Assembly (NCBI RefSeq): GCF_009914755.1
Contig: NC_060934.1
DNA length: 64,000 bases
Source of the DNA: the human T2T-CHM13v2.0 reference genome, Homo sapiens
Strand: one strand, 5' to 3'
Position 1 is the stretch's first letter; each line of letters opens with the position of its first letter. Positions 15,295 through 31,024 of this stretch are shown here, in pieces. Both the position numbers and the translations under genes were made by a program. The notes beneath the pieces are model-generated. The model searched no databases. It was not told where the DNA came from and worked only from the letters and a program-made list of their open reading frames with translations.

Positions 15295-16139
15295 TCATCT
15301 ACAGAGGTGACAGTTGTCTCCGAGGAGGGGAGCATGGGAAAACAGTGACTATTGTAATGACCCTCATGAAACCGTTTGACTAAACACTAAAAAAGAAAAA
15401 AGAAAAAGATATTGTATGAGCTGTTACAGTTTACCCTGCCCAGTGAAAAGAAAGGATGATGTGTGCCAGGTAAAAAGCACACAGTTAGTGCCAAGGCAAG
15501 CCCAGGGGAACTTCAGCTTCCCCAGCCTCAGGCTGAGAGTTGAGGGTGAGCCATGGAGAATCATCTGACGGCCCCCTGAAAAGTGTCTGTCTCAGGGGCA
15601 CAGAAGATAATGGGGGGAACTTGGCTGTGGACCCAATTCTGACCAGCAGGGAGTGTGAGTCCTGTGAGAAAGCAGCTTGGGCAGGCAGAGTTCAGGAGGG
15701 AAAACCCTGGGCCAGTAGTCCCTAGAGGAGGTCCCCACAGCGTTTTAGGGGATTTTCTTGGGTGTTCAGCCAGAAGAGGGTTCTCTGGCTACAGTTGGAA
15801 AATGCTGGCTTACACAAAATGAAACCGGTACATTTTCCCTCTGTCCTCCTCAGAGTCCAAAATGCCAACATTTTGTGAATCTCTAATCTGAGATGGGACA
15901 TATTCCATCCACCTTTGCCACACCTGTTTTTCTAGAGGCTTCTCTTAAATTAAAATTCCATCGAATACCCTTTGGGAAGTCCTGCCCTGTCTTCCAGGAA
16001 GGCAGTTCTTTTAAGAATTCAAGGAAAAGATAGATATGTCTTCATAGTCTTGAAACCCCGGAAGAAAAGACCACTCAAAAGAGATGGGAGTTTCTTAAGG
16101 AGAAATGTAGAAATATTATAGTTACTTTTGGGGTTTTAT

Positions 16140-16325
16140 CTCAGCTCTTTACTCATTGTGCGATCTTGGGCTAGTTATTTAAGTCTCTGAGTTTCAGTGT
16201 CTTTATCTGTAAAATGGGGAAAATAATGCCTCTTTATAGAGTTGTGATGGAAATGAAAGGAAGCAAAGTACACAAAGGATTAGCATGGGACCCAGCACCA
16301 TAGTCTGTGCTCAATAAAGATGTCT
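16140..16325. mobile_element. MIR
   Basis: Core ttatttaagtctctgagtttcagtgtctttatctgtaaaatggg. Confidence 0.75.
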
Positions 16326-16429
16326 CTTATTATTGTGAATAGTCCCCTGAAAACCAAAAGGAGGTCTATTACCTCCAGGGACCAATATAGGTCTGTAGAG
16401 AATACTTCACACAACTCAATTTGGAAGAA

Positions 16430-18400
<1,971 letters not shown>

Positions 18401-19208
18401 CTCCCTCAGTAGAGCAAAGGCCTCAGTGTTTCTGTTGGACTGTAGTTGGGCCTTTCCAGAGCACCAGTGGTTGACCAAAGCCTGCAGGGTCCACTCAAGG
18501 AGTCAGGAGCTCTTTCAAGCCCCATCTCAGAAGTACCCTCTCCCAAGCTCCAGGCAAGAACCTTTGTTCAGCAGGGAACTGGCCTGGCCAGAGGCAGTTG
18601 TAAAGGCAAACAAGTTTTGGTTAAGCCATTGACATTTTTACAGGAGGAGCAGATAGACTTTTAGAGGCAGCCAGCTAACGTCAACACATTAATGCACTTG
18701 TCAGATATATTGTGAGCACCTACTACATCCCAGGCACTATTGGCCTTATCTGAGTCATCCCATTTAGTCATAATGACCTATTGTTATTTATTCTTGTTAA
18801 GAGGATACCAAAGCCCAGAGAGAAGTTAAGCCCAATGTCACATAAAACTGGAACCCAGAACTTAAGCTGTTAGCCACTCTGCCTCCTGGAGCACAGCCTT
18901 GGCCCCATGCCCCTGGCAGTCCCCAGCGGGTATGAGCTGTGCCTCCCTGAGAGCCCCTCTCCCTTCCAGCCCCCAAAGCCATGCCTTCCCCTCCACTGGG
19001 AACTCAGGGAGAAAACAGCCCAGCTGAAAAATTAGGCCATGCTGCCGAGCACACTACTTATTTTTTATGACTAAGATTAAGCTGACAACCATGCAAAACA
19101 TTGCAAACCTGTGTCGGCTGCAGATTTAATACCTCACCTAGCCCACACAAATAATTCATGCTTCTGCATCGATGTCCAGAAGAAACAAATCAGCAGAAAA
19201 CTGGGTTC

Positions 19209-19209
<1 letters not shown>

Positions 19210-19252
<43 letters not shown>

Positions 19253-19275
19253 ACGCGCATGTGTGTGTGTGTGTA
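19210..19275. repeat. (TG)n microsatellite, interrupted
   Basis: Seen directly. Confidence 0.95.
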
Positions 19276-21315
19276 TAGCAGCCGCGTTTCCATCGAAGCA
19301 GCATGCCGGAAATACCCAAGCTCCAGGACTGCAAATCTTGCATTTTGCAATTTTTTTTTCTCTTAAAAGATTAAAGTACAGTTTCAAATGATTGAAGGTT
19401 GGTGGGAGGTGTAAATGTGGGCACTTGTCACATTAATTCTTCAGATGATTAAGTTCTTTTCCATTTCTTTAAGGCTGTTTGCAGTTGGGTTTGATGTCCT
19501 GGTTCTGGGTGAGTGTGTTGTGGCAGTTACCAAGGTGACTTTAGCTGACTTTCAACAATTTATTTTTCCCTCCAGCTTGAGACGTCTCTAGCCCTGTGTG
19601 CTGTTGATTCTTTTCTGCAAGCCCCCACCCCACCTCCCATTGCTATTCATGAGCATTTTTGCCTGCACCATAGAGGCTGGGATTCTCTAGCACGCCCTGC
19701 CTGGACAAGCTAGGCCTCAGCCCCTCTCAGGAGGACAGTAGTGTGTCTGGAGGCAGGAACCGGTGGTCAAAGATGGCACAGGGGAGTGATTGTGAGAGTC
19801 ACCCCCTGGTCCTTTCGCTTAAACTCACTCTGAGCCCTTCGGCTCGTCACCTCACCTCCCTAAGCCTCAGTTACCTCCTCTGTGAAAGAAGGCTTGACAA
19901 CAGAGCCTACCTCGTGCTTGCTGGGAGGAATCAGCGAGTGAACCTATGGCCTTAGCAGAGGGTTGGCGCAGAGTAAGGGCTCAGGAAACATGGCTCAGGA
20001 AACACTGCTTCCTGAGTTCTGCTCTTGTTTGGGCCCTGAGGGCACCCTATGTCTCCACTGAGCCCTCACCTGTGACTGCTGCCTCCCTCAGAAGGAAGGG
20101 AGGTGCAGTGGCCCTGGTGGAAGGGAAAGAGAGTTGGTCGGAAGTCTGAGGCTTCGATCAGAAGTCTGACGCACGGTGAGGGGGGACGCGTCACCCACTC
20201 TCTTTTGTAAAGGAAAGAGGGAGATTAAACAACCTCAGAGTTTCCTTCCAGTCCTGAATACTGTGACCCTCTTGGCCATAGCATTTGTCTCCTTCACAGG
20301 TCTTGCGCAAAGGCGAAGCCAGGGGAAAAGGCAGTTTTAGAGCTGGCTTTAGGAAAGCAGAGGAAGGGACCGCTTTGTGAAGGAACAGTCAGATCCAGGA
20401 GTGAGTCCTCACAAGGAGAAGGCCAGCAGGCAGGCACGGCCCATGACCTCAGGGGCACGTCTAACCCACTGCCGCCACAGGGCCATCCTCTGTCTTTGGC
20501 CTGCGGACCCTACACCTTCCCCTGGGGAGGTGCCCTGCCTGTTGGGGTGCCACCCTGGCTGCAGGCCCCAGCACCTAGCCCCGCAACGTGTGAGGAGGTT
20601 GGGCCTGCCCCTCAGTGGCTGTCTGGCTGTCATCCTGGGTGGCTCCTGCCTGCCACTTGAATGATAAATAACTAGAGCTTCTCACCCAGTTTTTGATGGA
20701 CACTTGGGGAATTGTTCTGAGATTCACAGCCCAAACCAGGATCCGGCCTTTTGAATGGGATCAGTGGGTAACTCTTATTTCTGGCTGAGGCAGATTTGAG
20801 AGGTTGTCAGTGGGGGCAGCTGAATTTGAAAGAGCAAATCTTAGAATGCAAAGGGACCCTGTGTCCCAGCCGTGGGCCGCACTTTTGGTGGGGAGCAGGC
20901 AGGAGGGAGTGTGGGGCAGCAGTGACAGCTCACCGTGCCAAGGCCACAGTCAGGAGGAATCTGGTACAGGCTCCTGGGGCCTTAAAGCCCAGCAGGGCGG
21001 GGGCCCGGTTCTGCTTTCCAGCCAAGCCCACTGGTCTGACTCGTAAGAGCCCAGCTTGTACTCAGCAGTACAGATTGTATCATCATCTGGTTAGATGAAG
21101 GGTGTGAATGTCCCTGCAGCTCCTGGCTGTTGGCGGAATGTGCATCCTCAGAGCCTTCAGGGTCAGCTGGACAGAAACTCTTGGAGCCGCATCTCATGGT
21201 GCTCAGAGCTAGGGCTCAGAGGCTCCAGGGCAGGAGAGGAAGGGCTCCCAGAAGCTCCTGCTGATCACAGGGAAAGACAAGCCACTGTGCCATAAACTTT
21301 AATATAGAATGTTGG

Positions 21316-21971
<656 letters not shown>

Positions 21972-22309
21972 TCAGACCTGCCCGAGACTGGATCTCAACT
22001 CTGCCCACTCCCTGGCTGTGCAACCTGTGCAAATTACTTAGCCTCCCTGTCCCCAGTTCCTCCTCTGTAAAAAGAGACAATGGTGGCAGCCACCTCTTGG
22101 GGGCATTGTGAGGAGTAGCCAGTCAGTGAGAAGTGCTTGGTGCAGTGGCTGGCGCTCGCCAGGCATATACAGAATGATGGCTGTCACCATCATTATCATC
22201 AGTCACCATTATTGTCTTTATTACTCAGGAGCCCAGCTGGAGACTCCCATCTTGCTCCTCCCTGAGCTTTTCACCTTGTGCCGAACCTTTTCCTGTGCTT
22301 GCTTCACAG

Positions 22310-22444
22310 GAGCCGCAAAGACAGCCTGGAAAGTGACAGCTCCACGGCCATCATTCCCCATGAGCTGATTCGCACGCGGCAGCTTGAGAGCGTACATCTG
22401 AAATTCAACCAGGAGTCCGGAGCCCTCATTCCTCTCTGCCTAAG
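22310..22444 (+). CDS. SUFU: SUFU exon 9 (SRKDSLESDSSTAIIPHELIRTRQLESVHLKFNQESGALIPLCLR)
   Basis: tcacag|G ... AG|gtgagc; 135 nt, phase 2-2; contains the RKDS PKA motif. Confidence 0.97.
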
Positions 22445-24329
22445 GTGAGCGAGACAGCCCTGCCACACAGTTTACCCCACAGCACCCAGCTCAGCCTCCA
22501 GGGGGCACTTCAGAGCCTCCCCAGCCCCCTCCCCCAGCAGGCGTCCTCCAGGGCCTCCAAGGAGCCACCAGGCCCGTGCTTCCCGTCTCCCTGTCTCCCT
22601 GATGAGGGTGAGGTGCCTGTTGGCAGCCTACACACCTAAGCAGGCTGGGTCTCAGGGAGGGAGGAGAGCTACTCCACATGGGGCCTGTTTAGGAGCCTGG
22701 GGACTGTGAACCAGCCAGTCGCCCCCATGTCACTGGGCCATGCGGTGTTCTCCTTGCCCAACCCTCTGGCTGGCCTAGGTGGTGAGAAGTCTGCCATGCT
22801 TCCTAGAGCGGGGCTCTCTTATCTGCATCTCCTGTCTAGCCCAGAGCAGCAACAGTCCCCAATGCGCCCAGCACTGTGACCAGAGAGCCCCACTGGTCTC
22901 CTATTGCTTGTTTGACAGACCTTCCTCGTTCGCAAGTTCTGGAGTCAGAATCCACAGGGAGAAGTATTCCTCAGCCCTGCTCCCCTTAGGAAGGCTCTGT
23001 GACCCAGGGAGTCTCAGGTCCCCAGCCACCGACAAGCCCAGGGCAGGGATGGCAGGGTCCCCAGTAGCACTGGTTTGTCAGGGTGGGGTTGGGTGGGTTG
23101 GGCTCTATTTTCTCCTGCTTGCTGCTTTTCCCATGCAAAACACTCAGTTCTAAAACCTAGTGGCCAGCCCAGCAAACTCCTTGAGGGACCAGGAAGCCCA
23201 GCTGTGTCCCTTCTGCTTCTGTCCACAGTGCCAAAAGCCCAGCCCTATGGCCAGAACTCAGCTCTGTGCTCAGGGCTGCTGCACGGCTGCATCTGCTACA
23301 GCTGGCTACCCCACAGCCCAGGGGCTCCACCCACACTTTGAGCAGCAGAGTCACCAAGAGTAATTCTAAACTCACAGAACAGTGACAGGGAAGAAGAACT
23401 TGCACACTTGGGGACTCCCCACTGTCCCCAGCACCTGGGAGTGAGTTTGAAGGGTAACTAGCCTTGGCCAGCCACCCTGGGCAGCAGACAGAGAGCAAAT
23501 GGCCAGAATGAACAGGACCTGGAGGGGCCCACTGCCATCCCACAGCCACATCCTCCCCAGCCACTTCTCTGGCCCAGGCCCAGGGCCTTTCAACTGGTGA
23601 AGGGTTAATTGGAGGCAGCCTGAGAAGGCAGAGGGCAGGTTCCACTTCCTTTGCTGATGAGTGGCTCTGCCCATTAGCTGCCCCTGCCTGCCCCTCCCCC
23701 AGGTGTATTTCCAGACTAGGGATTAACAGTAACTTCTGTGGCTCCCTGAGTGACCCCACTTGGCTTCAGCTTGCTTGCTTGCTTTTTTTTTAAAGATGTG
23801 CTGTGGCCTTTGGGCCAGCCACTTGAATGTTATGGGAAAGCCCAGGAGCAGGTGGAAGATTCTGCCCTGGACACTGAAGGGTCCCACTGCGGAGGCACTA
23901 TCCCATCGTCCCAGGGAAACTTGTCTAGACGCTACTTCACCTCCGTCCCCTAAGGGGGGATGTGACCCCCCTCTTACCTCTGGGCATGACCTTCAGCACA
24001 TTGCTACCTTCCCTCTCTGCCCTCAATTTTCCTAAGGGAGGTGAGCTCCAGGATCTCTGCAGGGCTTTTGAACTCAGTGTTTTCTGCTAGCTTTGAGCAC
24101 TTTGGAAGGATGATGTTAGAGAACTTGTGAGAGGAGCTTCTCTTTGAAGGTGTTGAAATGAGCGTGTTTGGATACAGTCCCCTGTTGATGGGCAGGTGGG
24201 CAGCCAGGAGGGCATGTTACCTGGCCCGCGGACCATAGTCCCCACTGTCCCAGAGCCTTGGCCAGGCCTGCTGTGCTTGGAACTGTTTCCAAGCCCAGCT
24301 CCTCACTGTCTCCATGTTCCCATCTCCAG

Positions 24330-24468
24330 GGGCAGGCTCCTGCATGGACGGCACTTTACATATAAAAGTATCACAGGTGACATGGCCATCACGTTTGTCT
24401 CCACGGGAGTGGAAGGCGCCTTTGCCACTGAGGAGCATCCTTACGCGGCTCATGGACCCTGGTTACAA
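24330..24468 (+). CDS. SUFU: SUFU exon 10 (GRLLHGRHFTYKSITGDMAITFVSTGVEGAFATEEHPYAAHGPWLQ)
   Basis: ctccag|G ... CAA|gtgaga; 139 nt; within ORF 24196..24618. Confidence 0.97.
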
Positions 24469-24618
24469 GTGAGAAGGCCCTTTTTCTTCTCCCTCCTTCC
24501 TTTCATAGACTTCCTTGCCCACCCCTCCTCTTCTCCCTTGGCAGCTCTTGATGGCACCCCTTCCTGGGGGGCTGGTCATGAATGCCTCATGGATTCAGGG
24601 CCTGGGGCCTGTGTGTAG
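24469..24618 (+). CDS. SUFU: SUFU exon-10 read-through C-terminus (49 aa VRRPFFF...GPGACV*), giving a 481-aa isoform
   Basis: Frame stays open past the exon 10 donor to TAG 24616-24618; 432+49=481 aa, the length of an isoform I recall as annotated. Confidence 0.7.
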   Translation: MRRPFFFSLLPFIDFLAHPSSSPLAALDGTPSWGAGHECLMDSGPGACV

Positions 24619-25968
24619 GTATGGAGTGTGGATGCTGCTACCCACTCCAGCAGCTTAGGAGCACTTCCTGACCTTCTCCCCCTGTCACCTGAGACACAAG
24701 TGTTAACTCTCCAGGCCCTGGCTCTTGGTAATTCTGGTTCCCCGTGGAAATCCAGGTTGGAGGGATATAAGACTTTCTGCACCTTGGGTAAACCAAGGTA
24801 CAAGAACTCAAGGATGAAGCAAGATGGGAGGATGTGTGGAGGCCACTCTCCAATGGCTACATGGAAATCCCACCAGAATTCAGACAGTGGCATGTGTGCC
24901 TGGACCAGGGCTGGGCAGGCCTCAGTGGGAAGAGCCTCCCCTTCTTAGCCTACCCCCATCTGACAGCCCTCCCGTTCCTCCTGAGTTTGTGTGACCAGAG
25001 ACCTGCTGGCTTATCCGGAGCACTTTGTCCTTCCTTTGCTCCTCCGGCTGGAGCGAGCTTCAGAGCTGTTGCCAAGCAGGGTACCAGGGCCTCAGAGCCA
25101 TAGGCCTCCTTCCAGTCCCCACCCCGTCCCGGGTCTCTAACAGGTGCTCAACCTACTCCACCACACTCCCGAGTGTCTTGGAGGGACAGCATCCTTTTTT
25201 GGCATTTGTTTGTTGCGGGTGGGGAGAGGATTGAACCCTTAACCTCACCTCGCTCGCAAGTATCAAGAAAGGGAACCTGACCCTAAACCTAAAGGTGGCC
25301 ATACCTGGTTTGTGAATGTATTGGAGAGGCATGCAGCATTACAGTAGAGGGGAAGAGAATGATGCTAGGTTTGTGAGTTTCACCCAGTCTGGGGAGTCTG
25401 TGAAGCATATGTAGTCAATACAGACACACTTTTTGTCCCTGCATGTCTACAGAATTTCTCCTCCTTCAGGCCAGGCCCCTCTTCTCCCGCCACCACCAAA
25501 ATACAACCCTTAATTAAAACAAACAGCAAACAAAGGACACCAACCACACTCCCCAGACTAAGCCGAGATAGAAATGGAAGCTAGTGCTTTAGGGATATTG
25601 TGTTCCATAAATTATCTTGCCTTTTTCCACTGTTGTTATTATATCGTTTCATAACAAAATTACTTTGAACCATAAAGTTATAAATACATTTTAAAAGTCC
25701 CACTTGGTAACATTAGATTTCTGTCCATGTGGTGTTGGTAGTTACTGTAACAAAAGCTCTGAAGTGTAATATTTGAAATTAGCCCAGCACAAGTGGAAAG
25801 GGCCTCCCTCCATTCCCTACCCCCAGCCATGTCCCGGGCTGCTGCGTCTGCCCCTGTGGAGAACAGGGAGGGAGCAGGCCTGTCTCCTGGGCGGAGCTGC
25901 TGAGGAGGCTGGAGGTAAGGACAAGCCCCTGAGAGTTCACAGGTCATCATTCCCAAGTGTCCTCAGGT

Positions 25969-25971
<3 letters not shown>

Positions 25972-26019
<48 letters not shown>
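25972..26019. repeat. (GT)24 microsatellite
   Basis: Seen directly. Confidence 0.97.
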
Positions 26020-26022
<3 letters not shown>

Positions 26023-26105
26023 GTTCAAGCACGTTTTCCTGGGACAGTCGGGACTGGGGCCTCCCCAAACTGCAGAATCTACCCAGTTATGTTTGACATC
26101 CTCAG

Positions 26106-26500
26106 CTCTGAACCTATCCTCGGAGCTCTGCCCTCCCGTCCTGGAACGTCTTTCTGCCCTGAGGAGAGGGTAGTCAGCATCTCCAATTTTCAGCAGCTCA
26201 AGAACCTTGGCCCCCACAGGACTTCGCAGATGTCACATTGCCCCTCAGTCCCCTGAATGCCCTTCGGACCCAACCCCAATTCCCCAAGCCCCTGACCCCC
26301 TAGCTGCCGGGGTTCCCACTCCCAGTGCCACAACCCCCTCACCTCCCTGGCAGCCCCTCAGCGAGCCTGAGGCCCAGCACCCGCTGGCTCCCCAGCACAT
26401 GGTCCCCTCCCATGGGCTGTTGCCCAGGGAACCGGGGCGCGGTGGGAACGAGCTGCTGGCCTCGGCATGTTTCAATAAAGTTGCTGTGCTGGGAGCTACT
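26106..26500 (+). other. SUFU: SUFU alternative last exon (Leu-stop; 433-aa isoform) with its own polyA signal; 3' end approximate
   Basis: acatcctcag|CTC TGA at 26106-26111; AATAAA 26474-26479; 432+1=433 aa matches the recalled short isoform. Confidence 0.8.
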
Positions 26501-29363
26501 CAATCAAAGGCCTGTGTTATGGGCTCATTAGTGTGGTCCACCACGGGGCCGGCTCACAGGAGAGCTCCTGGGAAGGCTGGCGGAGGCCCCACACCCCAAG
26601 CACCCACCCTTGATCACCGAGGGGTTTCTCAGGCCCTTTCCAAGGAGCCCTGGGAAACCCTCTGACCCTGCCCCCAGCCGGATTCTCAGCAGTGGAGCCA
26701 ACACCCACACCAGCCCTCCTCCCCCTGCCAGGCAGTCAGCACTTTCTCCCTCTGACTGCCAGCCAGCCGCCCCTGTTAGGGTCCTGCCACTGTGGTCACA
26801 GGCAGCTCCCTTGCTTGTGGGAACCTGGGCTTGTAATTACTTGTGGGCCTCTAGATCTCCCTCTGGGGCTGGCTGTCTCCCTGGGAGTCTGCAGGACCTC
26901 CTAGAGGCCTGGGGTTAGACTTGCAGTCGCCAGTGAGGGCCACTCCACTGGGCCAAGGAGAGCCATAGGTCCCTCAGGAGGGGACCCCAGCACAAAGAGG
27001 CCCACCCTTGCTCCCTGCAGGCATCTCTTGCTCGCACCCCCAGGGTTCCGAGGTGTCTTCTTGGGCCTTGTGTGCCCAGGCCTATTGGAGGCAGAGGAGT
27101 AGGAAGGAGTGAAATCCAATAGACCCAGGACATGACGAGACCCAGTCTTATGTTCTCTTAACTGCTGCCGGAACTCTCCCATTGGTCCCAGCTGAAATGG
27201 AGGGGCTGGGATGACTTTGTTACAGCAGCCTTGGAAGCCCTCACTCCCAGCCTTGGCACCTTGTTCTGGCCACCAGCCCAGCCCAGGCCTGTTATCTCTT
27301 GGGAGAAAGCGTGGCAGAGACATCCTGCAGGGGGAAGAGTGACAAGGAGAGGCCGAGAGGAAAAGGCAGAAGGTTTAGGAACCCGAGCCCCTTTCCGGAG
27401 CCTGTGGAATGGCCCCAGACAGGCCTCCACACCCACCTGCTCCACAGCCTTCCCCCATCAGTCCAGACCCAGGAGAGTCAGGGCCCCAGCATGTGGCAAA
27501 GCAGGGCTTGTCTGCAGCACCAGGTGGAGCACAGTGGACACTCCCTGCTTTATGGAGGATCTGGGGGTGCAGGAAGCCAGCTCCAGTTCCACAGGCTTTC
27601 ACTTTCTGGAGAACAGCACCTTGACTCCGTCTGCCCTGCCATTTGCTGTTTTCATCCTTGCTGAGACTGTAAAGCTTATCAGCCAATTCCGGGGCTGTGC
27701 AGGAGGCTCTTCAGACCCTGGGAGGGGGCCTGCCAAGGTCTGCTCCTGCACCTCCTTCCCCCAGCATTCCTCATCCTGGTGGCTTTAACAAGCCTCTCTC
27801 CCTTGAGCCTGTCAACACTGGGCTGTTAGTCTTCTGAGCGGGAGCCCGGCCCAGAGCTGAGTTGTTCATCCGTCCCCAGCCAGGGTTGATCTGAAGGGGG
27901 ATAAGTCTCAGCCCCAGCGGTCACATAGGGGTCACATCACCAAATATGAGAATATTGTTTTAGGCCCCGCAATGCTTTCTCAGCTGTGTGGTGTCTGACA
28001 GCTCACCCAGGTTGCGCCCCTAGTCCCAGCCATTCTCTGCCAGTCCTGATGGGAAGCCCCAGGCGTGGGAGAAGACGCCCAGCAGCTGTTCCAAGTGGGC
28101 TCTGCTGCTCCAGGCCAGGCTTGGGAAGGTGCTGCCGAGCTCTCCTCTGGGCAAGCCCTGCCTTCTGCTACCCATTTGGATATTGTGTAGAAGATGACTT
28201 GGGAATCCCCAGCCCATGCCCTGGGCACCTCCTCTTTGGTGCCTCTACTGTTCCTCCTTCCACGGGTGAACCCAGGCATACTTATTCTCCCTGGAGACCT
28301 TTGCTTGGACTGCCCCGAGACCTTGTTGTCCAGGGGGACACCCATTAAGGTTTAGAGCCCAGCAATGCGCCTGGGGAAGTACCCTCCCTTGTAGGAAAGG
28401 ACTGTGATGCCGCCCTGTGTCCCTGGCAGCCCACAGCCAGAGCAGGAGTCTGAGCCCGCTTCTGGCCACCAGAGCCAACTTTTCACCGCCCACTAAGAAC
28501 AGGAAATGAGCGAGACCTGTGCCCCAACTGCAGCCCGCTACCTGCCGCACCACACGCCTCTGTCCCTGACCTGGGTTGGGGGTGTTCTCCAGGCTGTTTT
28601 CTGGCTTTTGTCTGGCCTGTGGAGTGGGGGTGGGAGGGAAGGGATGCAGACAGGACTGCTTCCCCGTCCCTGCCTCCTCCACTGCCATCGTGGGTGCCAG
28701 AGCAGCTCCTTGGCAGGCTCTTCCACTGTAAACAACACATTTCCTTCCCTGAGAGGAGGAAAGGGAGGGAAAAGAAAGCCAAATTTGTTGGGAAGCAAGT
28801 ACAACGTGTCAACATGAAGAACAAACAATGCCCTGGACAAAGTGTGGATTGTCATACCAAAGGGAAGGAGTGGGCATTGTCAGCCACTCTTTGCAGACTC
28901 AGAAATATCATTGACCACAGACATCTGAATCGGCGTCAGATCTGCAGCAGCTGGGCCCCTGCCTGCAGTGCAGCCTGGCTTGCCCAGGGCAGGCACTGAC
29001 ACAAGATCACTTTTCGGGTTCCTTTCTGGAACTTGCTGGGGCCTGGGGAATTGGGAGGTTGTTGACAGTCCTCCCTCACCACCACCCAGCCAAGCTGGTT
29101 AAGGCAGCTGGTGTGAGCCCACTGGAGTAGCTGCTGGCCTAGATTCCAAGCCCCCCTCCCTGGCCAAAGGTGGGAACTGGGGGTAACCAAGATCCATTGC
29201 CCCCCTCGCAGCTCAGCCCGTTTGATGGTGGTGAAGCTACAGCCACCAACTCACCCCTGTTGGTTAAGCCTGTGCCCAAACCCCCTTTCCCTGTGGGCCT
29301 GAGTATTTCCCCAGCAGCCCCTCACCATGATCTCCTGGGGCACCACTTAAGAATACAAGTGCT

Positions 29364-30056
<693 letters not shown>

Positions 30057-30666
30057 GCATGGGCCTTGGCCTTACCCCAGAGTATTCTGATTCAGGAAGT
30101 GTGAATGGGGCCTAGCATCGCCATATTTTCAGAAGCTTCCCAGGGGAGTGTGCTGCTCAGATTGGTTGAGGGTCTTCCTCTCTTACTAGAGGGTCTCCTC
30201 CCTCTGAGGGCTGTTTGTGTACAAACATAAGTGTTTTCTGCCTGGCTCTTGGTAAGTGCAAATATCAGTGAGTGCTGTTATCAATATTATTTCTACTGCT
30301 ACTTTCTGGGCTAGAGAACTGTCAAGATATATGTATTCACTAGGCTGGCCTGGGAATTTGCCCCACCGTCCCCACTTGGGAACCATCTCTGGGCATTGGT
30401 TTGCCTTCCTTTTCATTGGCCAGTCTGGTTTTTTAGCAGTGTCTGTGACTCTCAGGCTTCTAGCCCTCTTAAGTTGAGCAGGTGGCCAGGAAATGTGTGG
30501 CTGGTGGAGGTTGGGACTGCTGATTTTCCAGGTCATTGGTAAAAACCAAAGCTACCTTCACCTCCCTCATCAGAAGACAGAGAAGTTATCCCCATCTATA
30601 TAGGCTTCTACAGTTGGGGTGTCTTCCCCAGACAGGAAAAGAGCATCCTCTATCACCATGAGATCA

Positions 30667-31024
<358 letters not shown>

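Noticed and set aside
25230-25295. Telomere-like ccctaa/cctaaa motifs
   Set aside because: Only two or three degenerate copies; chance level
23157-28999. Dense overlapping 100-200 aa ORFs in SUFU introns 9-10
   Set aside because: GC-rich intron with no domain signature or consistent strand, apart from the exon-10 frame
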